Part shown: positions 12,410-24,900 of the stretch, piece after piece
How positions within the stretch are numbered: position 1 is the stretch's first letter
How the letters are laid out: every line of letters starts with the position of its first letter
NCBI GenBank assembly: GCA_051362555.1
Contig: CM120646.1
Coordinates: forward strand, 23,002,001-23,066,000
DNA: 64,000 bases
Reading direction: 5' to 3'
Origin: Lingula anatina
Lineage: Eukaryota; Animalia; Brachiopoda
Notes under the pieces: generated by a model
What the model saw: the letters and a program-made list of their open reading frames with translations, nothing else
The model's database searches: none
What the model was told of the DNA's origin: nothing
Position numbers and translations under genes: made by a program

Positions 12410-12860
12410 GCTCAACCTTATGGTGAAATCCTTGTGTATGTTGTACAAAAAGAAAATAAAAAGGGTGAAAAACGTGCATTGCACAGAAATTTACTACTTC
12501 CAATTTCTGAGCTTTCCATTTCAAATTAATGCAAAAAGACCCGTTCCCAGAAAAAGAACTTCCAAAAGAGACACAAATAAAGTGGTAGAAGCAGACTGCA
12601 TGTTCACCAAATTCTGATACAGATGGTACAAGTGATGAAGATACAGTTTTTCCTCTCAATCAACCTTTACTCCTCAAGGAGGGAGAAGGTAATGAAGCAA
12701 ATGATGTGAGAGAAGAATCTTCAGCGAGTAGTGAAGCTAGTGATGGTCAAATGCCAGAGCTAGGATATCGTTGTTGACCGACCAACTCCTGCTCCACGGA
12801 GTAGTAGACTACTAGTAGCTTAGAAAACCACCCAGCGTGGATGAGTTCAGGTGATTTTAT
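12410..12860 (+). mobile_element. Degenerate Gypsy pol 3' (integrase C-terminal) fragment
   Basis: VYVVQKENKKGEKRALHRNLLLP and PTPAPR...PAWMSSGDF, motifs typical of Gypsy integrase tails; contains stops and frameshifts. Confidence 0.6.
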
Positions 12861-13698
12861 AAATTACACGCACAAATACTTTGAAAGGAAAACTTTTCAA
12901 ATTACTTATTACTTTCTTACTTACAAGAATGATTCTTAGGATTGACATACAGATCACATTGGAAAACCAGCTTGATTGTTTTTCTTACATTTATATGCAG
13001 TTTGTGAAATTTTAATCTTTCTTATTCTGGCATTTTCAGTGTGTGAATTCAAACTCTCATTGACCTGAAGCCATATATGGTACAAATTTTTACAGTTCAA
13101 GTTACCTGTTGTGCAAAATTAAAATTTGGTGCTGATTTTGCTGTTTGTCTAAATGTACTGTTATAATACTGTTGTACGAATATACAAGTGCTAGTTGAGA
13201 AAATAGTGTCAACAGTGATAGTGTCAACATGCTTTGTTGTGGGTCGGCATTGTGCATAAAGTGTTGATTTTGATCAAATACAACAAAATTGATGTACGTA
13301 TTATTTAAATTTAAATCATCTCCCCATGCACTGGTAATCATTTTGGATTTTGGCACCAGGTACAATATGTGGAACTATTCAAGTTGTCTTATCACCTTTG
13401 TTAATGTATTTTCCTATTTCAATGGGTAAAAATTGCTCATTTAATGATTTAACTGGCCTAGCTATTTGCATGTCAGATTTAGTTGTCAATCAACAATGTA
13501 ACAAGCCTCAAGACTGGAAATTACTTTCTATGGTTCTCACTAGTCTACAGTACATCACACAAAACAACACTGGCACAATATAGTTAATATACAATAATCT
13601 CAGTTAATAAATAAAAAGCTGCATATATATAGTCCACCTCCATACCGGGAAGATTTTCCAAAAATTAAAGAATCGAGTTCCAGTTTACACTAGACTAA

Positions 13699-13718
13699 GT
13701 GTGTGTGTGCGTGTGTGT
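13699..13718. repeat. (GT)n microsatellite
   Basis: gtgtgtgtgtgcgtgtgtgt. Confidence 0.8.
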
Positions 13719-14316
13719 CATGACATGTATACCATGATGAAAAAAACAATTTTGAATCATATATACTGTACAAGTATGTGTTCTCAATAAAAAGGGCATT
13801 CGAAGAATGTAAATAAAAGAAATATAACTATCAAAGCACAATACTTTCTTATTAAATATTATAATTTTATTTGTCAAATAGTAAAAAGTTTCAAAAATAT
13901 TAAATATTAATGAGAAGCAGGAAGAGAACTCAAGTTATGGCACGTGTGACAATACTGGTACATGCAATTCATCACTGGAACGATGGAGGCAATCTACGGA
14001 AAAAAGTCCTGTCCAGCGCACAGCTGTTAGCTGTTAAAGATATGAACAGCACAAAAATCTCATAACTTTATGCTAGAAATAATTAAGCCCCACTAAAGTA
14101 CCCCGTCTCATGAACTAAATACTGTATTTTGAGAAACCAGTACCGATTGTCAAAAACAAGGAATATGGATCTAATGTTATGTTGGCTCCTTTGCGCCACA
14201 ATCAAAACATTTTGCATCACCTTTTAGCTGCAATAAAACCTTAGATTTATAAGATTTCCAATACAAAGCTGCGTATACTGATGACCAGGTGAGACCACAT
14301 GTATTTGAAATATTCT

Positions 14317-14494
14317 TCAACATTTTTCTTCCGCATTGTACTTGTCAATGTCCTCGTACAGTTTTTCCTCAAACTTTCCCAGAGTAAGAACATTGCTGTC
14401 CGAGGCAAGGAGGATATCCAAGGAATTAACAATGTCTTTGAATGTTGAACGCGCACTCGGGACCTCTTCCCAGCAGGATGACATGATGATGTAC
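14317..14494 (-). CDS. RTK-B last kinase exon and C-tail ([18 protein letters not shown]...[14 protein letters not shown])
   Basis: Subdomain XI CW..P..R motif, then the stop codon. Confidence 0.9.
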
Positions 14495-17400
14495 CTGGAA
14501 TGAGAAGTAACACACAGGGACTATAAGTAATTGAGACATTATTGCTCATGATTCAGTAAAATTAAACTTGCCAAGCATTACAATTTTTAAATATACATAC
14601 ATATGTATATATCAAAATTAACATTGTATACTTACATGCCCAGTGAACAGTGTGGTGGTTGTGGCATCCGGTAACCCTCAGTTATAGCTTCCATCACCTG
14701 CTTGGCTGACATACCAGGGTAGGGACTGAAACCTTGATAATATAAGCAGCAGTGAGAATTAATGTCAGAAATGCAACTCCACTAAATTATCCTTTAAAAA
14801 CTTCTGATCAAAATTAAAAAAGGTACACATATTGTGTGAATGAAAATTCAGTGTCAAATATATATTATACAAATAATAATAATGATAGTAATAATAATAT
14901 TTAAACAAATAATAAATATTTGTAACAATATAAATTTATTACATATTCAGTTACTATTTGCACCACATTTTAATATGTCTGATAAAAATCCCTGTGAACA
15001 GAAGACATTTTATCAAAAAGATACCAGATATTGAATAACAAGCTGTAGTTCTCAAAATTAAAAAACTGCAGAGTCATACATATGTGTCATCATAAAATCA
15101 TGATTACCTCTTGAACAATGGGACACATGATCACAGTTTCATAATACTTGCTTGCTAAACCTTTCACTTACAACAAAAACATTCCAAGACTTTTATAAGC
15201 TTGACCATCTGGCAATCTTACCCAGTGTGACAATCTCCCACAGCAAGACTCCATACGCCCAGACATCAGACTGTGTGGTATACATGTTGTCAAACAGAGC
15301 TTCTGGGGACATCCAGCGAATTGGCAAGCAACCCTATTAAAGAGTAACAGTAACAAAACATATACATGTTTATCTGTCAAAGTGATTGTTGCAATTGTCA
15401 GCTAATAACACCCGTTTATGTAAGTTTATTTACACATCCTTACAATGCATACAAAATGTGCAGTTATACTTAATTAACTATGCTGCTTAAAATTGTACAT
15501 CCCCAGGGGCCAATTGAGGTCATCTTCTGGGTCTTCCAGAAGCATGTAAATCACTGAGCGGTAACACTTCTTGAAGTCTGCTAGTACTGATAATGGATAA
15601 AATAACTATCCAAGATTGCTAATGCTAAGTTTCAGGTCAGAATGCAAAGTAAATATTTTTTTAGTTTTATGTAGAAAGGTATTCACCAACCTGCGATTGT
15701 TTTTCATACTTGTGACTTTCAATGACATCCTTAGCAAAGCCAAAGTCTGAAATCTTGCAGGTTCTATCCTCTGCTACCAAAATGTTTCGTGCAGCAAGGT
15801 CTCGATGTAGAATCTACAATGTAAATATTGAGGTTGTTGATTTTTGGTTGTTGATTTTTTAAAAAGTTTATAAGAAAATGATCTTTACTGACCATGAGGC
15901 TAAAATTGGTGATATGGAAAATGGACAAAATAAGCAATGTATAGAATTGACTATTTTCATAAATTACCGGTAATCGTTTATCCTAGCTTACCGCCATTGA
16001 TGAAAGATATGACATTCCATTGGCCACATCTAATGCAAACTTTATCAGGTCACGTGGTGTCAAGGAGGAGCTGATTCCATGAAAATTCCGTTTAGAACGG
16101 TCATTTCGTAGGTAGTCCTGGAGATTTCCATTTGGAAGGTACTCGACAATAATTAGTGGAACAGCTAAAATAAATCACTTCAATTTATTTTAAAAGAATA
16201 TGTTAAATTACTTAATTAAGGTTGGCAGTTTACAACTTATATACAGGTGTTCTACAGGATGCTATTGAAATTGCAAAAAAAAAAAGAAAAAACTAATTAA
16301 CACACCTATATGAATTCAGTGCTTCATTTACAGTGATTTGAAAATTTACATAAATTTCAAAACTTTTATATTATATAACATGTCTACATACCATCATCTT
16401 GAGTGCAGGATCCTAAAAGCTTGACCACATTTGGGTGAGGTTGGAGTTTCAGCATCACTTTCAGTTCTTTCATCATCTCACTGTAGAGGGATGTATCACT
16501 TGAATCTGCAAATTAAAGGGATAATAACTCTTCATTTCGGCCAAAAAATGAATTTTCCTGGAGTAAACAACAATTTTCCCATATATACTTACCAATGGTT
16601 AATGAATCCATTTTTACATTCAAAGTTAGCCCTTGTTTTTTTTCTAAAAAGTTAGTTTTTTTTTGTTAAAATCTCTTAAGAGATTTTAACAGAGTATAGC
16701 CATCCATGGAGGTCACGTGGTCTAAAGACAAGCTCAGATATCAGAATAATAGCTATAACTGCCGTTTTTGTGGTAAAACAGAATATATTATATTTCTATG
16801 AGTTATTCACAATGCTTTTATTGTGAAATATAGATCTCATACGAAGAGTTATTATCCCTTTAAGTTTATCTTATTGATAGAGCGTGCTGAAATCATCTGA
16901 TTATTAATGGACTGAAGTATCACAACTATTAAAAATTGCTGAAATCAATATTTACCCTTTGCAGTTTTTACAGCAGCAATGCTCCAATTTTGTTTTCCAT
17001 CTAGATTGAAAATGCTGCCCCTAAAGACTTGGCTAAAAGCCCCGCTTCCTATCTTTTCCATCAACTTGATATTCTGTCTTCTTATCTCCACATCTCTCTC
17101 CTGAATCTCTGCATACAGAGGTTCTTCCATCGGCTTAAACTTTAAGTTTAAATTCATATAAATATCAACATCAACACGAGGCAGCAAAGCTGCCAAATGT
17201 ACAGACAAAAATTATTCAAAAAGTATAAAAAAAGTTGCACAAAATAGGTTATTTTATCAATATTGATGCAATAATACATCATGCTTGATAGCCAAGTCAA
17301 CAACAAATCTTAATTATAACTTTCAGAAAATGAATGCAATAAGGCTGGTTTTCTTACTTAAGCTGTATTTCAGTTCTATGAATCTTTTCTGTATTTTTGA

Positions 17401-20400
17401 GAATCATAAGTAATAAACGTAGTTTTCCTCTAATGGTCAATATGGTGGCAGTGCCCAAAATAGGATTTTTTACCTATATTTTAGAAACACTGATTATTCC
17501 TGTAAGTTTGAAAAGCATAGACCTATCAGTAGTCCTTCTACTGGGATATTTGCAATGCACATGGTGTAATCTATGCAGAAAAATACTTCCAGAAAAATGC
17601 TCCGGTCAAGCTGATTTTGAAACTATGAATCTATGAATATTCACCAGTTTTATAAGTTTAAAGCCTCAAGGTCAGACTGACTTCTACTTTATTTCTACTA
17701 GGAACACAAAGGCTTAATTTTATGGCAAAAGGTGTATTAATCAGGAAAAGACCACCCCCCCCACCCCCCCCACTCTGAAATACTATGGGCCTGAATCATA
17801 TGACCCACAAACTCTTACACAGCATTACATGACATTATGTAACATTACCACTTGTTGTTCTGTGCTAAGGTTGGTGTTGACTGGCCTCTCATACATCTCT
17901 TCATTACTACTTATCTACAAAAGCAGGAAAATGAGCGTTAATACTTCATTCATTAAGGACATTGTAACCCTTTATTATCATCCAGATACTGAAAATGAGT
18001 TTTTTTTTCCTGCATCTAATTCTTCAATAATGCATCTATTTTTGTGTTGATAAAAAACAATGAAAAAACCCTCAAAATATAACATATCAGTTTTTAAATT
18101 TTTCGTTGCAATGTATATAAGCACAGGCAACTCAAAGCTTTAAACGTCTATTTAACATCTTTCTATTTTGAGGTGAGATAGCAATTGGTATGGGGCATAA
18201 CTTCATCCCTAAACAAGTTTTTTTCATGAAAATTGGCAGAGTTGACCATGCAGGAGAGTATATAAGCTACAATCCTGTGCCGTCATTTTGGTTTAAATAT
18301 TTTTGTTATGAGTTACGAGCCCCTTATTACAGAATTTTGATAAACAAACGAATTATTTTGCTTTATCAATGATAAAATCTGAACTAAGACTTATCGCTGG
18401 CAGGGTTGTGGAGTATTAAATGGCGTCATTAAATAGGCGCTAAAATGGTGATCGTGGGTGCTTGGTTAAATGTACAGTAAATGAGAATAAACTATTTCAG
18501 AATTTCAGAATAAAAGAGAAATTTGAGAAACTGATTTTTCAGTTTCTATCCCAAAATCGCAATTATGACGTCACCCATAGGATGACATATAAGTAATTGT
18601 TAAATTATCTAGTTACTGAACACTGAAGATCTACTTACTACTCAAAAGAATGGAAGGCAGAAAATAAGAAGTTTTGGGCGAAGGGTGACAATACCATGCA
18701 GTATCCTTAACATATCATTCTTTTAAAATTACAATCAAATGACATTATATAATATTCATACAACAATATTTCATCTGTAAATGGTAAATTTCAGTTAATT
18801 TCAAAGATAAAAGTAATAGCTGTTATCACATGCAATCCATTACAAGGGGACTGTACTGTACTATACTGTAATTCACAGACTTTATGACCAATCTTTAATC
18901 CAAACCCTGCATTTTTGAGTATGACATCACCTCTCCACTCAGAAAACTCTGAAGCTCACTGTCTTCAACTTCATCCTCTGCATTGTTTCCTTGCAACACT
19001 ACAGTGAAAAAACGGATGGGATATAAACACATGCATCTTTAAATGAGGGTATCATGGAAAATTTGAAAGCAAGTTTTATGAGCAAAACAGAATAGGAGGA
19101 AATGAAACAGCTTAAGTGTTTAAATTACAGAAAAAATCTGAAAATTTTGTCACTTAAAAATTTAATCAATATTTCGAAATGCATAAATCAGATAAAGTCA
19201 TATTGGGAGATGAAATTATTGAGAGGTCCATACTCAAGTTTGAGATTTTCAAAGTGAAAAAACTTACTTCAGCTGAGAATTGTTTTCCAATAAAATTTTC
19301 AAGACCAACAAAATTTTCAAATTTTTACAATAATAGGGGTAAGGGTCACAGGGAAGCACATACCAGTAGGGGTTGTTTTAGCAATTACAATTTATGTGAG
19401 AAACTACCAAACCATAAATGACAACATTCCAGGCCTTGTAGTATTGTTTTCATGATTGAAATTACGCATATCCATCATAAAGTGTGTAATGAGATTAAAT
19501 TATCAGTTGATTTTAGTCTAATTTTTTTTCTGGATTCATAATTACTTTTACCTTTTTCTTCACCTCTTGTTCTGTGTTTCTTCTTGATGCAGTATGTGTA
19601 GGTGACATAAACCAAGACAAAAGTCACAATGACCCCCAGGATGGCCCATATTATCCCCCCTATTGCTTCTACAGATAGACCCCCCACTGAGGCCCCAGTA
19701 GCTGGCTCTGAAATGACATCAAGTAATTAAATGGCCGGTATTCCCCACCATAGCAGGTTTAGGCTTCTTTCACATGGAAAGTCTATTTTCTAAAAATAGA
19801 CTATTTTCTATTCACGGTATCTTATGATCCCCTGGCGTAATTACTGGCAGCGCAAGCCAGTTACTTATACAAAGCTGTAATTAATTCTCGGCTGTGCTCG
19901 CATTCTATAAAATCTCATCCTCCGTTGCCGCATCGCTTGCCATCAGATCATGACGGTTGCACTCGTATCTGTTGTGTGTATAGCTTCATCTTCTTCGTCT
20001 TGTTGTTGCACAAAATGGACTAACACATTTTTCAAAGCAACCGCGACCGCCATTAACTTTCTAACTTCCAACTGCGCATGCGTCAAGGTATCAGAATCTC
20101 TTCCGAGCACAGCCGAGAATTAATTACAGCTTTGGAAGTAACTGGCTCGCGCTGCCAGTATTTACACCGCAGGATATTCAGGGCACAGACTGTGATCACA
20201 AGATATACCCCAAATAGAAAATAGATTTTTAGAAAATAGACTTTCCATGTGAACGAAGCCTTATTCTGAGCATTGCTTAAAAACATGCAACACAAAGGTG
20301 TCCTTGGGAATGCTAATGACACTCATTTATTTACATCTACCATCACTTATTCACCACCTAATGTACATAATAACTTATTGTTTAAATACCACTATATATA

Positions 20401-21892
20401 CCCAAGTTTGTCAGAGGAAATCCCAGTTACTCACATGTACATATACATAAGAGAAGTTAACAAAGTAGTAAATCATTTAAGTACCACTTTTACCTGACAG
20501 TGTAATTCTCAAGACCTTGCTTGGTGGATCATTCAACTGGTTCAAAATGTTACTGGCCTGACACTCATAGTATCCAGGTTTCTGAATGTGATCTAGATAA
20601 AGCACTGAGGGGTTATCACGGTGACCATTTAGTACTTCTGCAATGTTGGATAGTTCTTCACGATAAAACCACTTGAAGTTGGGTTGAGGGTCACCAGTGG
20701 CTGAGCAAATGAGAGTGACGGCTGAACCTTTGACAAACTCCACACTGCCCATTGCTGAGTGTATGATGGGGAGAGCACCTGTGGAGATGTAGGTGATCTT
20801 AGGGTTGCTGGCACCAGCTGAAATATTGCAATTTTTAATAATAAAATATAACTATCATGGATATTAAAAAATATGTGACTATAGCAAAGATTTTAAGCCC
20901 ATGGAAAATCAAAGTCACACCTTGAAAATGCATGTGAAAAATAAACATTTCACAAAAAAATGTATAACTTCCAGAAAAATAAACCAGTCAGACTGGTTTT
21001 CCAACTGATCCTGTATTTTAGTCCTTTATGTTTCTTTTCTGTAAGTTTGAGAATAATTAGTGACATGGTTTTCCTAAAATGGTAAATATGGTGGCAGTGC
21101 CCAAAATTGTTGTTACATTTTATCTACATGTAATACATACTTAGGGACACACTGGCTGACTTCTGTCCAATCATACATGTAAGCTGTGCACCATCATCAG
21201 AAGTCGAGACATCTACTCTTAGCTCACTCTGTCCATTATATGTGCAACCATCACTATTCAGAACAGGGTCACTTGACTGAGCCTCTGAGGTCCTATTTTG
21301 TTGCTGACCATTCAGAGTCTGGTACCATGTGATCCCCTTGGCTGGATGTCCAAGCTGACCAGAGCACATAAACTTTGTTGATCCCTGGTCATTTAATTGC
21401 TGGGTGGTCAAGACAGGGACTTCACTGGGCTCCACTGGAATATACACACATGTATTTGCATATATTAGCTATAGCACAGTGTCATTGAATATATGAAAAA
21501 AATCTAAAACAAGAATACTGTACACAATTGATACAGCTGAGATATGCAAAAGCTGCATTAAAATACAATAACTGAAGTTTAAAAGAATTATTACACATTC
21601 TAGCTTTAGTATATGCATTTTTCTAAAATAACCCTTCAAATGGTTTTTCAAATTATCTCAGAACCTTAATTATGGGGCCTTTGGATGGATACATGTTATT
21701 TGATATAGAAATTAAGTTAGGTTTCACAGAAAATTGGCATTTGCCTCAGAAGCCTCAGATTTGTGACCACCACTTTTTCTCTGAGCCCACGTACGTCTTT
21801 ACCCCTGTTTATTTCCTGCTAAAAATGACCATGCACCTAGCTTCAATCCTGTCTCCTCCTGTACCCTCTGTTCAATTCTACAGTAACTACAA

Positions 21893-21950
<58 letters not shown>

Positions 21951-24900
21951 GCCTAATAGTCAGCCAGTTTTGGCTATGGGTGTATCTCTGCTAGTTTTGG
22001 AGTATTCCACAGCCAATTCTCATCATTATTAATCAATCATAGCTAGTGTAATAAAATCTTTCTATACTTATGTAATGATAACTTTTTATAATGCACAAAT
22101 GCAATCCGCAATTCCATGGTTCATATATCAGCTTTATGTAAAGTCGCTCAAGGAAAACCCAAGGACATTTTAATGACCAGTTAAACGGTTTGTTTGAAAA
22201 TGCTCAGTAGCTTCTTGATCTACAGAACATGAAGTCCTCCAACAGTTGAACTTCTGAACCATCTCCCAAGTCTCACGTCAGTCTTAATTCAATCCTAGCT
22301 CTCCCAATTAAGTGGTGCACCCTCAAATTTCCTCTCTCAGAACTCCCAGATATTATTTCTGAATGTATAATACAAATTTCATATCTAAATCCAAGAAATG
22401 GGGACACGTATGCACAGGCCCTTGTGGTATAGGAGCTACTAGTATAGAAGTGGTACATGTAACATTGACTTGTTTCTGGCATCAGTCTGCGGGGTTGGGA
22501 GATCAGAGCCACTAGGTCGAGACGGGCAGGCATTACTACCGTGAGCATTATATACTACTACTGTACTATATACTACAAAACATTGGCACATACTTCAAGC
22601 TATGAGTGACAAATTGCAGGGCAATGTAACACAACATATAATTAAGTTCTTCAAGAAAAGATGCTGCATACGACCCACTGGCTTTTAAGAAATACAAACT
22701 TACCACCTTCAGTTGTTATTTCCATATTAGTACTCCAAGGCCCAACATCTACTGTGACTGCTCTCACTCTAAAACTGTAAGTTGTAAAAGGCAATAAACC
22801 AGTGACTGCCACATATGTATCAGAGACATTCCCTTCCTTTGATACCAGACTTTCTTGCTGACATTTGGAAGTCACAGGACGTAAAAGATATCTGTATTCA
22901 GTAATCCTTCCATTCTTGCATTTACAACTAGGTTCACTCCAGTGAAAGGTAGCTGTATTGTTATTGAATCTCACCATGCCTGGGGGGCAGCCAGGGGCTA
23001 AAATATAATAAAATGATAAAGCCATATTTGTAAGAAAAAGTATGTACAATAATTTAATTGCGCAACAGTTCACATCCACATTACAGGAAACCAATACAAT
23101 GTCTAGATAAAAGTTATCCAAACATTGCAATCATTTCGGCAACTAAAAAACAATCTAAAATCCTACCTGCTTCTAAAGTCTTGATCTGTAGTGATTTTGG
23201 TTCCCCCTGAACTGCTCCAGAAACTGCTTTAATGGATATATTATACCATGAATTTGGGTATAATTTTGAAATTGTGTAATGTGTTGTTATCTCACTCAGT
23301 AATGGAGATGTCTGGTAATGTAACAATTGCCAGCAATCCTGTAACCTGATTGCTGTAAGAACATTGTACCCTGTTATATTACAGCCAGTAAATCTAGGAG
23401 GACGCCAATGAACAGTGGCTGACATGGAGGTAACAGAGCCTGCTGTCAGTGAGGCAACTTGTGCAACAACTGAAATGGAAAGAAAAAAATACATCTATCT
23501 ACTATGCCAATCTCAAAGGGTTACAACAGTACTGTGGCAAAGAGATTTTTTTTTTCTTATTGAAGCACTACTTTTGGTTTATACATTATTTTGAATACTT
23601 CCTTAAAGATGTAAATTCTTCAGTTGGTGAACCATGCATTGTGCCAAAGATGGTATACATTCAATTATGTAAATTATCACAAGCATAGTTAACTTAAGGA
23701 GGAAGCATCAGTTAACTCATAATATTTTGACCTGTATAAATTTTTTTCAGTGTTTTAATTTTTTTTGTTTGCTTTCTATGTGCTGTGTATTTTTTGTGAG
23801 TGCATGGAAGTTTTATCATGTTTAATTAGATAATTCATTATTTATATTTGGACGCTTAAAGCAATAATAACTCTTCCTTTGAGATTCAAAATTCCGCAAG
23901 AAATTCATTGTAAACAACGCACGGAAATATATTACAGTATATTGCATTTTACCACTAAAACAGATGTTATTGTAGTACAACTAAAATCTGTGCTTGTCAA
24001 TAGGGCTTTTGATGCCTTTCTTCCCGGTCGTCATTTCATCCGTTGCCAATTACGTTGGGGTGTCACGCAGATTCTCGCGTTCATTCGAGACAAAAAGAAC
24101 ATTTGGCGCCATGAGAAAACAGACGCACATGATGCAATCCGCAGGCGTTTTTGTACAGTGTGTCGGATAATGAACGAAAGCCCCAAAATTGCCGTTTACT
24201 CCAGGAAAATCCAATTTTTGGCCAAAAGAAGAGTTATTATGACTTTGATGTAATAGAGCTTTTATTACCTTCAAAAATTCATGTCATTAAGTCATAAATA
24301 ATTAGTGGATTTATATTACAAAATTTAGATTTATAATACAAAACATGATCTTAAGTTGTTTTGATTTTTAAAATTGTGACAAGTTTTGAGAACAAAGAAG
24401 TTTTTTGGTATAAGATGTGTCATTGTGGAGGTGATTATCCCATTGTATGTATATGACCATACTTCACTTGTATCATATAGTCTTCTGAATATTTTAATAA
24501 AATAACTAATACCAGTACTTTCTGAAGAAGAAGTGAATGGTTGTTTGTTTTCTCTCTTCTGGCATGGTCGTTCAATATCATTCTCCATGTGTTAGATATA
24601 TGAATACTTGATATTATCAAATATTAAGAAAAATATATCCTTTAAAGAGACAGGGGTACAGGCTTGATAAAACTAGAGGATCAGAGAGGCGATACCGCCT
24701 CCGAATATTGTACCACCAGGTGGAGCAAGCGATTCGTATAGACCCCCACATACACAAAATAAGGGACACAGCCACCAGTCTTGTGCTTGACAAGCTGTAA
24801 ACATGCAATCAACAAGCATTTTCAAAATATGCAAAAAATATATATAACTAAAAATGGTACAATCAAATGTAAGTTCATCGTAAGGTAGGTGAAAGGTCAT

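Noticed and set aside
17100-17125. ITIM assignment for PLYAEI and KLYEDI
   Set aside because: The Y-2 position is P or K, not I/V/L/S.
17515-17575. Possible extra juxtamembrane exon
   Set aside because: In the required phase 0 it contains TAG; the flanking exons already join in frame.
1-23470. Copy A and copy B as a haplotype-duplication assembly artefact
   Set aside because: Numerous substitutions, in-frame indels and copy-specific insertions throughout favour true paralogs, though read depth would be needed to exclude it fully.
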